Shown: one piece after another, positions 1 through 12,800 of the stretch
Layout: the number at the start of each line of letters is the position of its first letter
How positions within the stretch are numbered: position 1 is the first letter of the stretch
Assembly: GCF_000150275.1 (NCBI RefSeq)
Contig: NW_002060945.1
Coordinates: forward strand, 6,501,607 to 6,565,606
DNA: 64,000 nt
Reading direction: 5' to 3'
Source of the DNA: Trichoplax adhaerens
Taxonomy: Eukaryota; Animalia; Placozoa
Notes under the pieces: model-generated
Told to the model about the DNA's origin: nothing
Database searches by the model: none
The model's input: only the letters and a program-made list of their open reading frames with translations
Position numbers and translations under genes: made by a program

Positions 1-3000
1 TCTAGATGCGTCAATTCGCATTTGAAATCTGTAACCTTTAATTATATAACCAACCGAACAGATTGTCTGATGTACGGCTATCTCTGGGAACCATATCGTA
101 TTAATTTTGATAATTTAGGCAATGCTTTATTAGCGTTACTGCATATTGCAACTTTGGATGGTTGGAAGGCAATTATGCGAAACGCCGTCGACGCTCGCGG
201 TGTAATAAGATTATGACACTATAATTTCCCTTCAATATTATAATCATCATAACAGAATTAAACATATTAATCGACAATTAGAAATTGAAGATATTTTTAG
301 TTTAATTCAGCTATACTATGATGCTACTTAATTAAGTGTCGGTGATTAGCATGAATTCCTAATTTATCATTGTCTTTCTTTACATAGAGGAATTTGATGC
401 CAGAAGCTCTTTTTAATACTCCAGCTCGAATCTTCATTATTCTCTTTATCGTTGTTGGAGTGTTTATAACACTAAATTTAATTGCTGGAGTCATCATTGA
501 TCACTTTTATAATTCAAGGAAGGAGGTTAGTAGTTATAAAACTAAAGAATTATTTTTAAATGCTGATTTGATACCGCATATACGCGAATGTACCGTAAAA
601 AAGCGTCTAAATGTTCTCGAAAATTTACAAAATCGCTTGACAGAATTTATGGTATGATTAACACTTGATTCAACGTAAGTAGCTTACCTCCAGCTGATAA
701 TTTTTCGTCCAACATATTTTGCTTGGAATCTTATTAGACTCCTATCAGAAAATTTTAAGCTGATAGACGTTGTGGTTGATGTCCAAGTATTTGCAGAATT
801 TGTTTATGCAAATTATTTAATAATTATTAAAAATATAGTGAATCATTCTAAGATTTAGCAGATATTAGCGGTTGATTTCACTTTTAAGTATTCAAAATAG
901 ATAAGATAATAGCTACAATAATTATTGTAAATGCTAAGATGATATTATAAAGTTTTAAAGGAGTTTTATGTTAAATGGCTAGGAATGATGCGATATTGTT
1001 AATTAAATAATTAGTAGCTTGCAGAACAGTATGTAATGACCGAGTAATAGTCTCCTGCTACTACTGTTGGTTCGCCAAAGAAACCCAAAATTTGTGTTAC
1101 AAAATCGAGTAATTCCCTAATTTGGCTATCAGATACGGCCTTAACGGGAGAATACCAGTTTATACTAGAAACAGTACGCGTGCACCGCCTCATCCTATTA
1201 GCCACTCTGCTGTACTACTACAATTAGCTGAAATCATTGCACAGTATTATAAAGACTAAATTGGATATTACAACACAAAATTACAGAAATGTGTTGCCTA
1301 CATTACGGTGATTATATAGCGATAGCCTTCGCTTCTGTATTAGATTTACTTTATCTATATACGTATATTTACGCTAAATAGTAGAGAGTAAGATAACATT
1401 ATTAACAGCCAAGTACGAAATATTAGAGAGGATAAACTAGCACTTATCAAACTACATGCTTATACTGTACACTATACACCTTTTCGAAATGGCATTCTAG
1501 CATCGCAAGTAACATGATCATATTTGAGTAATAGCATTTAGCCTCTACAATCTTTGGGCATTAGCTGTATCGTACTATATCTACCAGCCACAATACATAG
1601 TTTTATATCCCGTATACGTAGTAATCCAACTTCAAGGGAAAATCATTAAATTCTTTACGCATTTTGAAGGAATGACTGCTAGAAAAGCTGACGATGAAAT
1701 TATAATGCTTCTGTAGCATAATTGAAAATTTCTAGCGGACTGAATATATTAAAAATCATAATTTGGGAATAGATTACTGATTAATATGATAGAACATAAC
1801 TTAAATTCGAATTTTAATAGTTGCAATGTCTACTTTTAAAATTTCAGTATGAAATGCGAAAAGGTAAAAATATTGAATCACTCTTTACCGAATCTCAATT
1901 GCAATGGTACAAGATGATGAAAAAGCTAATGCGAACGAAACTAGTTAAATCAATACCACCAGCTAAGGTCAATTACATTTAAAAATCCCAATATTTTCAA
2001 GCAATTACATCACCTCACGTTCTTAATATTTTATGGAAAGTCTTAAAATGAACCTCAATGTTATAGTGAGATACGTACACTACTGTAGAAAAGTAACTTA
2101 TTGGTGCTACTGTTGGATTATTTAAGTTAATTGTCTAAATTCTATTCCATATCATTTTGAATATGTCTTGATAGTTTGGCTGGCAAAATAAGTTAAGAGT
2201 ATTTTTTGAAGATAGAAGATATGAAGCCTTTAATATCGCTGTGGTCATATTTAATGTTATGGTTATGACTGCTACTCATTACCAACAGTCGGCCCAAATC
2301 ACCACTATCTTAAGTATCCTTTATTAATATGCTATTGCTGCTTGAAGTTATTTCAATCTNNNNNNNNNNNNNNNNNNNNNNNNNNNNNNNNNNNNNNNNN
2401 NNNNNNNNNNNNNNNNNNNNNNNNNNNNNNNNNNNNAGTAGCCCTTCATAATTCGTATTTTGCGCATATTTCGGGTTGTTCGGATACTGCGTCTATTACG
2501 GTCTGCTCGTGGGATGCGTCGATTATTGATGTCGTTAATAGCGTCGGCACCTGCCCTTCTAAATATAGCAGCTTTACTTTGTGTCATATCATTTACGTAC
2601 TCTATTGTAGGCATAGCATTATTTAAAGGAGTTAAAAAGCAAGGAACAATTGATAATACATTAAATTTTCAATCCTATACAAAGGCAACAATTATACTTA
2701 TTCAACTCAGTACAGCAAGTGGCTGGACTGATTTTCTTGATGCTCTTTCTATTCAACCACCTGATTGTGTACCATCTACTAATGAGACCACTATTATTCC
2801 TACTGGTAATTGTGGAAGCCGCGTTTTGGCTACCATATACATTATTACCTATATGATTATGGCTTGGTTTATCTTAATCAATCTGTTTATTGCGGTCATC
2901 TTAAATAATTACCAAGATTGCGTAGAAGCAGATTCTGCAAACATAACTGAAGAAGATATTCAAGGTTTTTTCGAAGTATGGGCCAAATACGATCGTAAAG

Positions 3001-3515
3001 CCACACAATTTATACATTATAACATGTTATCACCTCTGCTGAATGATTTACTACCACCTTTTGGTTCACCAATACCAAATACATATGTTTGTATTAGCTT
3101 AAACCTACCGATATACGATGACACTAAAATTCATTGTTTGGACTTAATTCGTGCTTTATTAAATAAAGTAATGAAAGATGTTATAGGTGAAATTAGTCAG
3201 GAATTTGAAGAAGAGTACGATTTATTAATGAAAAAAATTGCTGAAGTATGCAAGACCAAATTTCCTAAATGGAAACCGCAAAATTCACAAGTTAAGAAAA
3301 CCTCAGCAGTGTTTTATAATGAAGCGAAATCTGTTATATTATTGAGAGCTGCATTTCAACATTGGAGGCAAGAAACAGCGAAAAAGTTCAAGGTATATTT
3401 CATAGTAGATATGTTATTGATGTATTTTTCTTTCAGAATATTCTATAGTAATAATCCAATATATGGTAAAAATTTAAAGTGTAATTGTATGTATAAAAAT
3501 ATTATTAGTAAATAA
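1..3515 (+). CDS. Nav2-like voltage-gated cation channel alpha subunit, paralogue A (3' part: DIII pore to C-terminus; 5' end outside window)
   Basis: Exons ~1-201 (NFDNLGNALLALLHIATLDGW, DIII P-loop), ~388-525 (DIII S6), 1848-1967 (III-IV linker ..ESLFTESQLQWYKMMKK..), ~2175-2313 (DIV S1), then gap and ~2438-3392+ (DIV S4 RIFRVVRILRLLRSARGMR, P-loop STASGW, S6, EF-hand-like EEDIQGFFEVWAKYD). True stop uncertain (possible donor at 3393). Confidence 0.93.
2314..2322 (+). other. U12-type GT 5' splice site in gene A (DIV S1-S2; 3' end lost in gap)
   Basis: GTATCCTTT at exactly the phase-1 position homologous to 25239 and 48056. Confidence 0.8.
2360..2437. other. Assembly gap hiding gene A DIV S2-S3
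   Basis: N run. The homologous coding stretch in gene B is longer than the gap, so the gap is undersized. Other gaps: 30534-30582, 32543-32592, 34095-34144. Confidence 0.95.
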
Positions 3516-6500
3516 TAACGAGTCTATTGTACTATGCCTTTGCAGTGGTTTATTTACAAATAATATAATATCGGACTGATCACTTGTTACTTAGTTTCCT
3601 GATAACTGATACGTATGGTACGCATTTGGTCTTTAGCGAAAAAGTTTGAGAGGAAATTAGCCTAGGAAGCGAAACGCCACAAAGTGATTTCCTTAAAAAT
3701 AAGCCTTAAAGTGCGTGTACTAAATTTTGTATATTTTCCTTATATTGTTGTAACCTTTAAGTCTATGTGTAGTGAATATTAGTTTTAGAATAATAACTTT
3801 CTTTCGTGTAACTATTATAATCTAAATATAGTTATAGCATTATAACAGATTTAGAATTGGTGCATAGATGTAGGTTACTGTAATTAATTTAGTTTACATG
3901 TCTACATTATAAGATTTATATTTTATCAGTTCATACAATACAAACCCGATCACTTGATATTGGTAATATATTATATCTGTTAGTTCTCGGACGGATATTA
4001 CTCATGACTAATACTCTTGTATTAATGGACAAAGCAGGCGGAATTGTATAAAATATGTAACGTGATTTTTCTACAGCTATAGTACCATTGCTGACTCTGT
4101 AAATGCTGGAAAAAATAGCTAGCTGCAATAGAAATTAGCTTAATTTGCAACAAAATGTATAAAAATAAGATTTATTAAGGCGCCAGATCATAGAGATTTG
4201 CTCTTTTAAATTAACCCGCAGAATTTAATTCATGTAAGCTAAATGTGAAGTTTGCATAAGTAATCTTAATGATCATGTAATCCATTATAATTGTGAATTA
4301 TATACGATAAAAGTAATTATGATTAAACGTTAATGTTTTGACGATCATGCTATTTTGCAATCGTTACAGATAGTTTTTTAGATCACGAAAAATTGCAAGT
4401 AGATCACTATCCATTTATTTTATATTAAATGCCAGAATTAATAAATGATCAATAATTTATTTAGAATAGTAAAATTTTAGTCTAATAAATAGATTTAAGA
4501 CGATCATTATGCGATCACTTATTTTAATATTAATCCTATTTGAATGTTCAGTTTTAATTATTTTACATATTTTTTAAAGACACCCAGTGATATTATTGCA
4601 AGTACAAGCATTTAGATGCCATGAATTTGTGGCGGTAGGAACTGAGTAAGAATATGGTAGGAAATGAGGTAAACTTTGCAACTGGCCAAATTTCTGCATG
4701 AAATTACTTTAATACCATGCAATACCAATTACTTTACAAATTTTTACTAAAATAAAGTCACTTACTCTCAATAATTTCGTAAATTCACTATTAGATTTCG
4801 TTATTCTGTATAGTAACTGATTCTGTGTAGTTGCTGTAACTTGATACTGTATGATATATACTCAGCACAATGTGGAGTATATATTTAACATTTTGCCTCG
4901 AACTTATTTTATCTAGATCATTTGCTATTTGCATGTTAATTACATATTTTGCTCGCAAATTTAGTTTAAGCGTTGAAATTCTATTTATTTATTGTAAATT
5001 ATTTGGAGGAGTATAAATTTACGTAATACAGTTTTAAAACGGATCCTGTTAGAAATTTACTTGTAAGAAGTTTGCAAATATTTATTCGTGGATGAGGTCT
5101 TTATTATAATTTGTAGTATTTTGACAATGAAAAGTAAGTCTACGAGTTATCAATAAATTGGATTTAGTAAGCTAGTTCGAGAATGGCGTGAATACTATCG
5201 TACCTTGGCAGAGAAATAATTCAAATTATAAGCTGAAGTTCAAAAGAATTTTAGGTTCTTGTTATATTTTTGAGACCCTTATCATAAGTTAATAAATAAA
5301 AGCAATTTATTTTGCTAATATTGATCAGTTTTTATCATAAAATGACATAAAAGATCGTCCTGACAAAGAAATTTACTCCTTCTCCACATCCAAACGAGAA
5401 TCTACCATAACGTGGTTAACGCTATAAGTTGATTTCAAATAGTAGTAAAGTTGTTTCTGAATTGAGATACTTTAGTGTGCAGAAACTCTGCTAACTTTTT
5501 ATGATAGAATATTGTGTTACATTTCTATAAGCGTAGAAACTCAAATAATACATTTGTATTATATTGCCGAAATTATCGATAAATTGCATGTATTATAATA
5601 ATCTTCGATGCGTTCAGTTTTTATAAAATACATTACACCGGTAAAAAGTGGCTTATTTCATTGATTATTCTATTTTATGATGTTTCCATCAGTCCGTATC
5701 GTATTATTTGACTATGATGCTTTCGCTTATGATTCTTATAATTGCTCGAATGAGTAAGCTTCCATTTATTTTATTTTTATTATATCATGGTTCACCAATT
5801 CACTAGACCATATGTTATTAATGTTATAACGATACTGCAAAATATTCAGAGCAATGTTTCTAAGTATTCCTTGGAATGGAATCTATCGTTTTGAAAAGAA
5901 TTGATTAAAAATAACATCTGCTGATATAATACTAGTAGTCATTATAATTATCAGCTAACATAAAAATTTACAATCTGATTAATTACAGATTTTTTTACAT
6001 AACCTAGCTTATTCCAGGATAAAGAAAGATACCCTGTGGTTAAACTTATGCTAACATATGATGAGACTTTCAAAAGTATTGGACATAAAGTCTGAATATT
6101 GATTTGTAACAAATATGTACCTGAATTTAGCCTTTTACTTTGAATTTTAATTATTCTTTTGGAATAAAAATTATAGAACTGAAACAAAGTTTTGAAAAAT
6201 CACATTTAGTTAGGTTCTTATGAATCTTCAAATTATCATGTTGAAGCAATATACTTTATAGACGATGTTATGATAAGATGTCTTTGTCGTCGCTCAAGTT
6301 AGCACTAATGATCCGCAGATTATTGAAACTGTTTCAGCTTTGATGACGGTTTTCAATAGTTGACAGCTATAGTAACTCGAGTTGATGTAAAATATTTCGA
6401 CGATATGCTGAAGTTATTTATGATATACATATTCTTGTAATCAGTAATTTATTTATATTTAGAACATGCCGTGAAATTGTAGAAATATGCTCAAATACAG

Positions 6501-6833
6501 TAAACTATTTAATTCAATCTATATGGACTAATTCAATTAATCTGGTAAGTAATATACCTATCCGAATGATACCTGCATTAAAATTCAATTACCACAATTA
6601 CCTGAATTTGTACCCAAAGCAGGTAATAAGAATTTTACCTTCGAACTCTCTGCCCATAAACTAATCAGCCCTAATTTTATTTTTTAGTGAATATCAGTAA
6701 AATACGTTATTCTTTAAATTATTTTGATAGCTACATCTAGTCTACATGATTTGAGTAACCAAATATTTCCTAAATTTCCAAGTAATAGAAAGAAAAAAGG
6801 TTAAAATTGCGAAGCTGTGTCCAATGATACGCT

Positions 6834-9800
6834 ATGAAGCAGCGAAAAGTAAGTGTTATTAATGTTGGTATTAAAGCAAGTGGAAAAGCTAAAATAGAAC
6901 GACAAGATGTTGAAGAGGTTGACGAAAGCGAAAGCGAGGTTGAAGCTACTACTAGTACTGATGAATTGGCCGTTAAATATCGTAAGTTAGAAGAGAGTCA
7001 TGTTGTTGGTAAATACGTCGAAGACTATGATGCAATGCAAAATGGGGTAAGAATTATGGTTTGAAGACTTGAATTATAACTGTAAAATAAGTAATAGAGT
7101 ACCATATGCGAAACGGATGAGCATTATAATAGTTTTTAGGCTATTTTCTATGTTCATAGCGATTGGAAATGATTAAAATATGGCCTGATTACGTCAACTT
7201 GACGAATAAATCTATAAGAAAAATGAGATAGATATGCTTCAAATATATAGTAGTATCAGTATTTTATCACCAGGCTATGCGTGGCAGTTATAAATATGTC
7301 CGGCTTAGACTTATATTAAGATAAAAAATCGTGTAGTGGTAATGTTTGTAACTGAATATATCGAAGCCTTCAGGATAACTATTTCTGACTTTACGTTAGT
7401 TTGCTACAAGGCGAGAAGTCTTAGAAAGGGTGGAGAATAATGTTATTGTTGAATTATTGCGTTTATATAAGTATTTCCTTATTTGCGGTCTACACACGCA
7501 GGTCACAAGATTATATATGTCAACGGTAATTTGCGAAATCCGGCATTTTGCAAAATACCTGAAATCCTTTAGGTATTTTGCAAAATGCCGAATCCCTTAG
7601 GTACTTTGCCATCTACCATAAGTAAATTACAATCACAATGATTCGAACTGTAAGTAGATGATTTGCATTCCCTATTATAACTATTAATTTCAGTATATGT
7701 ATAAGTGCCACTGTCATAAAAAGTCAGTGCTATATTAAAACACAGTATATCCAAATTAGAAGTTAACTAAATAAGGATAGACTAACATGAATTATCCTAA
7801 CATAGATATTTCTACTCTAATACAGTACATAACACTGTCACACTTATTAGAAACACTTGTATGAGAATACGTATATACAAGCGTATATTGATAATCTTAA
7901 TCTCCTAATTAGCAAATCAAGATCTGTCGTCCTTTTGCTATAACGTCAGTAAAAATTACGGTATTTCATAGCTATAATTAGTCACTCACGAAGCATTAGT
8001 TGGCAGTAACGTAGTATACGATTGCATAAAGGGAAGTATACTGCTTATAATAGTTTTTCATATAAGACACTAGCTGTCTTTTGGAAATCATGTCAGTTGT
8101 AAATACAGCAAATTGTTTGCATTTACGCTTTTCAGACCGATTATGCTCTTAATCTAGCACTAGTTTATTATAGACTGTAATATAATGGTGCAGTAAGCGG
8201 ATATATAAATTAGTTTATCCCAGGACGTGTTTTCATAGAGTTAAAACACTCTTGACTTTGCGTTCGTTAAACTCGTATACGTAAACACCTTTTGATGGAA
8301 GAGACAGTCTCTTAAATTAGCCAATCAATCATTTTAATTTCTAACTCAACCCTAATATTAACTTTTAAATTTATTCTTTCTTAAATTCGCGAGCACAATT
8401 GAATAAATAAATTCAAGTCAGCATATCAACATTATCGACAATCTCATTTCAATCTGTTACAATTGTGTTATAATTTTTTGCAACAACATATGACAGTCTC
8501 TATATGGCAAATTTATAGAGAATAAGTATAACTTTACGTGGTATTATTTAATGCGGACTAAACTCAATGCCTTCGATAGAAGTATTGACCATGATATATC
8601 CAAGAATTTTATTGTCTTGTTATAGTAACATAGATATATAGGGAATTACCTTTTTTTTATCCTCTAATGCTTTTACAAGTTATCTGTTAAGTTTAATATT
8701 CTATTTATGATTCGTTTTATTTTAGACGTTTTGTGTGATAGCGAAAAGATTTGGTACCTACATAATTCACCGCTACAATGACTCAAAATCCTTATTCATG
8801 TTTTATCCTGATAGTTACGTTCGATATATCGCTATAAAGATTGTGACCCATCAATATCCTTTTGTGTATCAAAAGTAGTACATAACATTAGAATATCGAA
8901 TTGGAAGGTGCAATTTCATTTTTCGTTTCAAACCTCTATCGCTATCTTAGATATATAGAAAATAGTGACTGATAATTAGAAAAATTTAAACTTCGTAAAG
9001 CACCATGGAGCTTAAATGATTCTTTTATTATTATATTGCCCTCATAGCATCTATCGATAACAATTAGCTAATAAAATCTGACCCGTAGATAGTGTTATTA
9101 AATTATGAATTATTTAGGTGATGGTATACTCTTATTGTAATAACTAATTTTCTAACGCACATTATACTTGATAACGGTTTATCTAGATATTTTAAGTGAT
9201 TTTATAACATAATTAGTAGGGATAGATGTGTAGTAATAACTTGGTGCGGTATCTAATTCCGTCTCGTTAATCCTTAACTATTTAAACGATTTTCGAATTA
9301 TTTATTTTATTGACAATTCTAAGCAACTGCGTGGTCGTTGCCTTGCCGTTTAATACGCCAAAGTATCTGTTGTAAGAGATGTTCAATTAATTTTTAGATG
9401 CATATTTAAGTAGTATTGCACTTTACAGCATGGTTTATGTGAAGTTTTTTGTTGCTTTATTCTTAAGATTTGTTTAATAGTAGTCGCCACTTATGTCGCT
9501 ATACAGTAGAAAATAAGCGTAGAGATCGTCAAGATAATGTTATCGTGTTTTATATTATGTGGTCTATTTTAATAAATATCCTACTTTTATTAATGCTACC
9601 CAACATATACATTTATAGCTGGTACAGAGACATAATTATATTTTTGGACTATTTTTCCGACAGGATTACGTATAACGTTATTTACACTGTGGAAATGGCG
9701 TTAAAAATCATAGCGAGGGGACTTGTTACTAAAAAATTCACATTTTTAAGAGATCCATGGAATTGGTTGGATTTGTTTATTGTTACCATAGGGTAAATGA

Positions 9801-12800
9801 ATATTTAATAATTTCTCATAAGTCTATCATATTTCGAAAAGAATATCCGTATGGGAAAGCTATAATGTTATACACAATATGCTTACATAGTATTACAATG
9901 AAGTAATTGGATAACTTAATATAACTACTTTATTCCTTATTAGCAAGACTTTACTACACATACATGTCTGTAATAGTACTAGTAAATGTACATAACTGTT
10001 TGCAAGATTGCTTCCTTGGCGTACAGTAACTCTTCCACAGTCCGACACGAAGTATATTGCATACGAAATACTGCAGTTTATCTGAGCTCAGAGTGGTAAA
10101 GCACAGCACATCTTTGTTACGAGTTAATTTATATATCTTTTTTCAACGCAAAGAAATTCGTATATCTACTACTCAATAAATACTGTATGTTTTGAATTAT
10201 TAAGATATAATTAAAATTAAGCCGTTAGATGTACAATCATTTTCAAACTTATATATTGTGTGTTATCTATTAATTTAAGAAATTTAGCTACCCTACCATA
10301 GCATTTCAAGAATATGCTTATGATAAATTTTATGCTACCTAAAGTCCCTCAAATATTATATCGAATTTAAAACAGAACGTTATTTTAAACTATAATATAT
10401 AGCCTGTATGCGTATTTTTATTAACTAAATGCAAATTTAGCGAAAAGACTTACGTAAACAATGTATTAAGTTATTCTACGACTGTGACACACAAAATATA
10501 TACTTATTTATATATTAAAAATCAGAATATAGTAGATTCGATTAAATGTGACTATCTAGTCCATCATTTTTTCATTATTAACGAAAAAGTAATATTCTGG
10601 TATCATAATATCAAACTGTCAATAACTAGAAATGTAATATACGTTTGGAATAAGTCATATAATCAATCAGGTTTATTAGCAGATCAGTAATATCTTGTTA
10701 ATTTTATCATATCGCGGATAATCTGTTTTAAATAGTTAAGTAAGTTTCCCCTCAGCTCTTCTTGTCAATGAATAATATTGCATTAATTTTATGATATTAA
10801 GATTGCAACATGTATACTTTATTGAACATGATTATTTAGTGTATTAGTTTGATCTACTAGTATCTTGCTCACTCTACGAGTAAATGATATCCTAATTTTG
10901 TGTCTTGTTATAATACATGTCAAAGTACTATAAATACTACTGCTTTATACATCAGCTATATTTATATAATATGGTAATTAAGTTATTGAAATACTTCTTG
11001 CTATATTTAATATTTTACTGCAAGGTTATGCTGTAATCTTGAACACTTACTATGAATTTCATTCATAAATGCTCCTTATAGGTATCTAATTCTCATACCT
11101 CAGTTAGACGCAATCCCTGGTGTTTCTGTTATTCGCGTGTTTAGGGCTATCCGAATGTTTACAATAATTTCAGGTTCAGTTATGTAAATAAGCGCTTTAC
11201 TTCTTAAATATATCATCATTGTGTTAGACATTGTTCAGTATGACCTTCAGCCTATATTTATAAAAAAGAAAAATCCTTTAGTCCATCTTGATTTATAATT
11301 ACGCTTTTAGCGATTTTTGTACATTATTGCGTAGGTCTTTAACGAAATGTATCTGTAACGCAAAATTTATTCACGTTAATCAAATTATGGCTATAAATTA
11401 TGCTAAAATTGTATTTTATTAACAGTTATTGTGACTTAATATTGAAGGCAATTTTCTCATCGCAATGTTGCAGTAAGATATTGATAATTTCAATCTGTTC
11501 TTAACAGGATTAAAGAGCATCCTGAATGCCATATTTCAATCATTCAGCATGTTAGTTACAGTCCTTTCTCTAACATTATACTTTCTATGTGGTGTATCGT
11601 TATTGGGCGTACAATTATTTATGGGAATTTTAACAAGAAAGTGCTGTAAAACATATAATTGGAATCAGACAGACTATGATGTCGATGGGCTATCATTTGA
11701 TTTATTTATCAAAAATAAAAGTGAGACAGGATTTTTGCTGATGTGTGTCATAAGCCATAAAGATCTTGTTAGCTATTTATACCAAATGTATAAAATTAAC
11801 GAATGAATCCATGTTTTGAAAATAGATGGCATTGCATTGAGGTTTATCTTTTTAACTCAGTAAATTCGATTTATATTTCATAGCTAACTGGCTTTATAGT
11901 GATGGCTCTACGGTTCTATGCAGTAATTCTAGCATAAATACGTAAGTTATTTTCTTAATCATAAATGATGCTGATTAAAATAGCGATAGATTAAGACTGC
12001 ATCAGAAGAATTTAATAAATTCAGCTTTTTATAGGGCATGTCCTTCTGGTTATTCTTGTTATGAAGGAATATTCCCAAATCCTGAGGATGGCCTACTAAA
12101 TTTCGATAACTTCTTGGCGTCTTTATATGTTAATTTGCAAATTATTACTCAAGATCAGTGGGATTCAGACTATCAATCAGTATATAATTTATAGAATAAA
12201 AACATTAATAGATACAGTGACAATCATGGAATTTAATTTTAATAACTCAAAATTTTATATTGATAAACGATAGTACTGGTATTTTGATTCATGAATTGAT
12301 GTCCCAAATTTTAAACTATTCTTTTATGTTCTCTTTAGGTTCTTAAAGCATCTAATACTTGGTACTTTTTCTACTTTTTGGCCATTATATTTCTCGGGAG
12401 TGATTATCTACTAAATTTGATATTGGCAGTGGTATCTATGGCATATAGTAAACAAGAACAGTTGCGTTCTGAACAAGTAATAATAATTTATTGATACTTC
12501 AAGTTATTTTCGTGCCGTATATTTTAGTACTGCGTAATTGATGAAAATTTTAAGATATTCAGTAATTACTTTTCTCTCTTATAGTAAATGGATCTAAACT
12601 TATATTTATCCTAATTATTTGTCTGATAATGTTACAGCAATATTTCTAATAGAGTTCTTTTTCAACTTGCATTATTAGCAAAATAATTTTGAAAAAATGG
12701 TTCGAACATCTAGAGACCAAACTACTATTCCTTACTTTTTGCCTAGTCCACCTCATTTATGGTATCCTCCCAGGCGAAAAAATATACTTCCTATTGTGCT

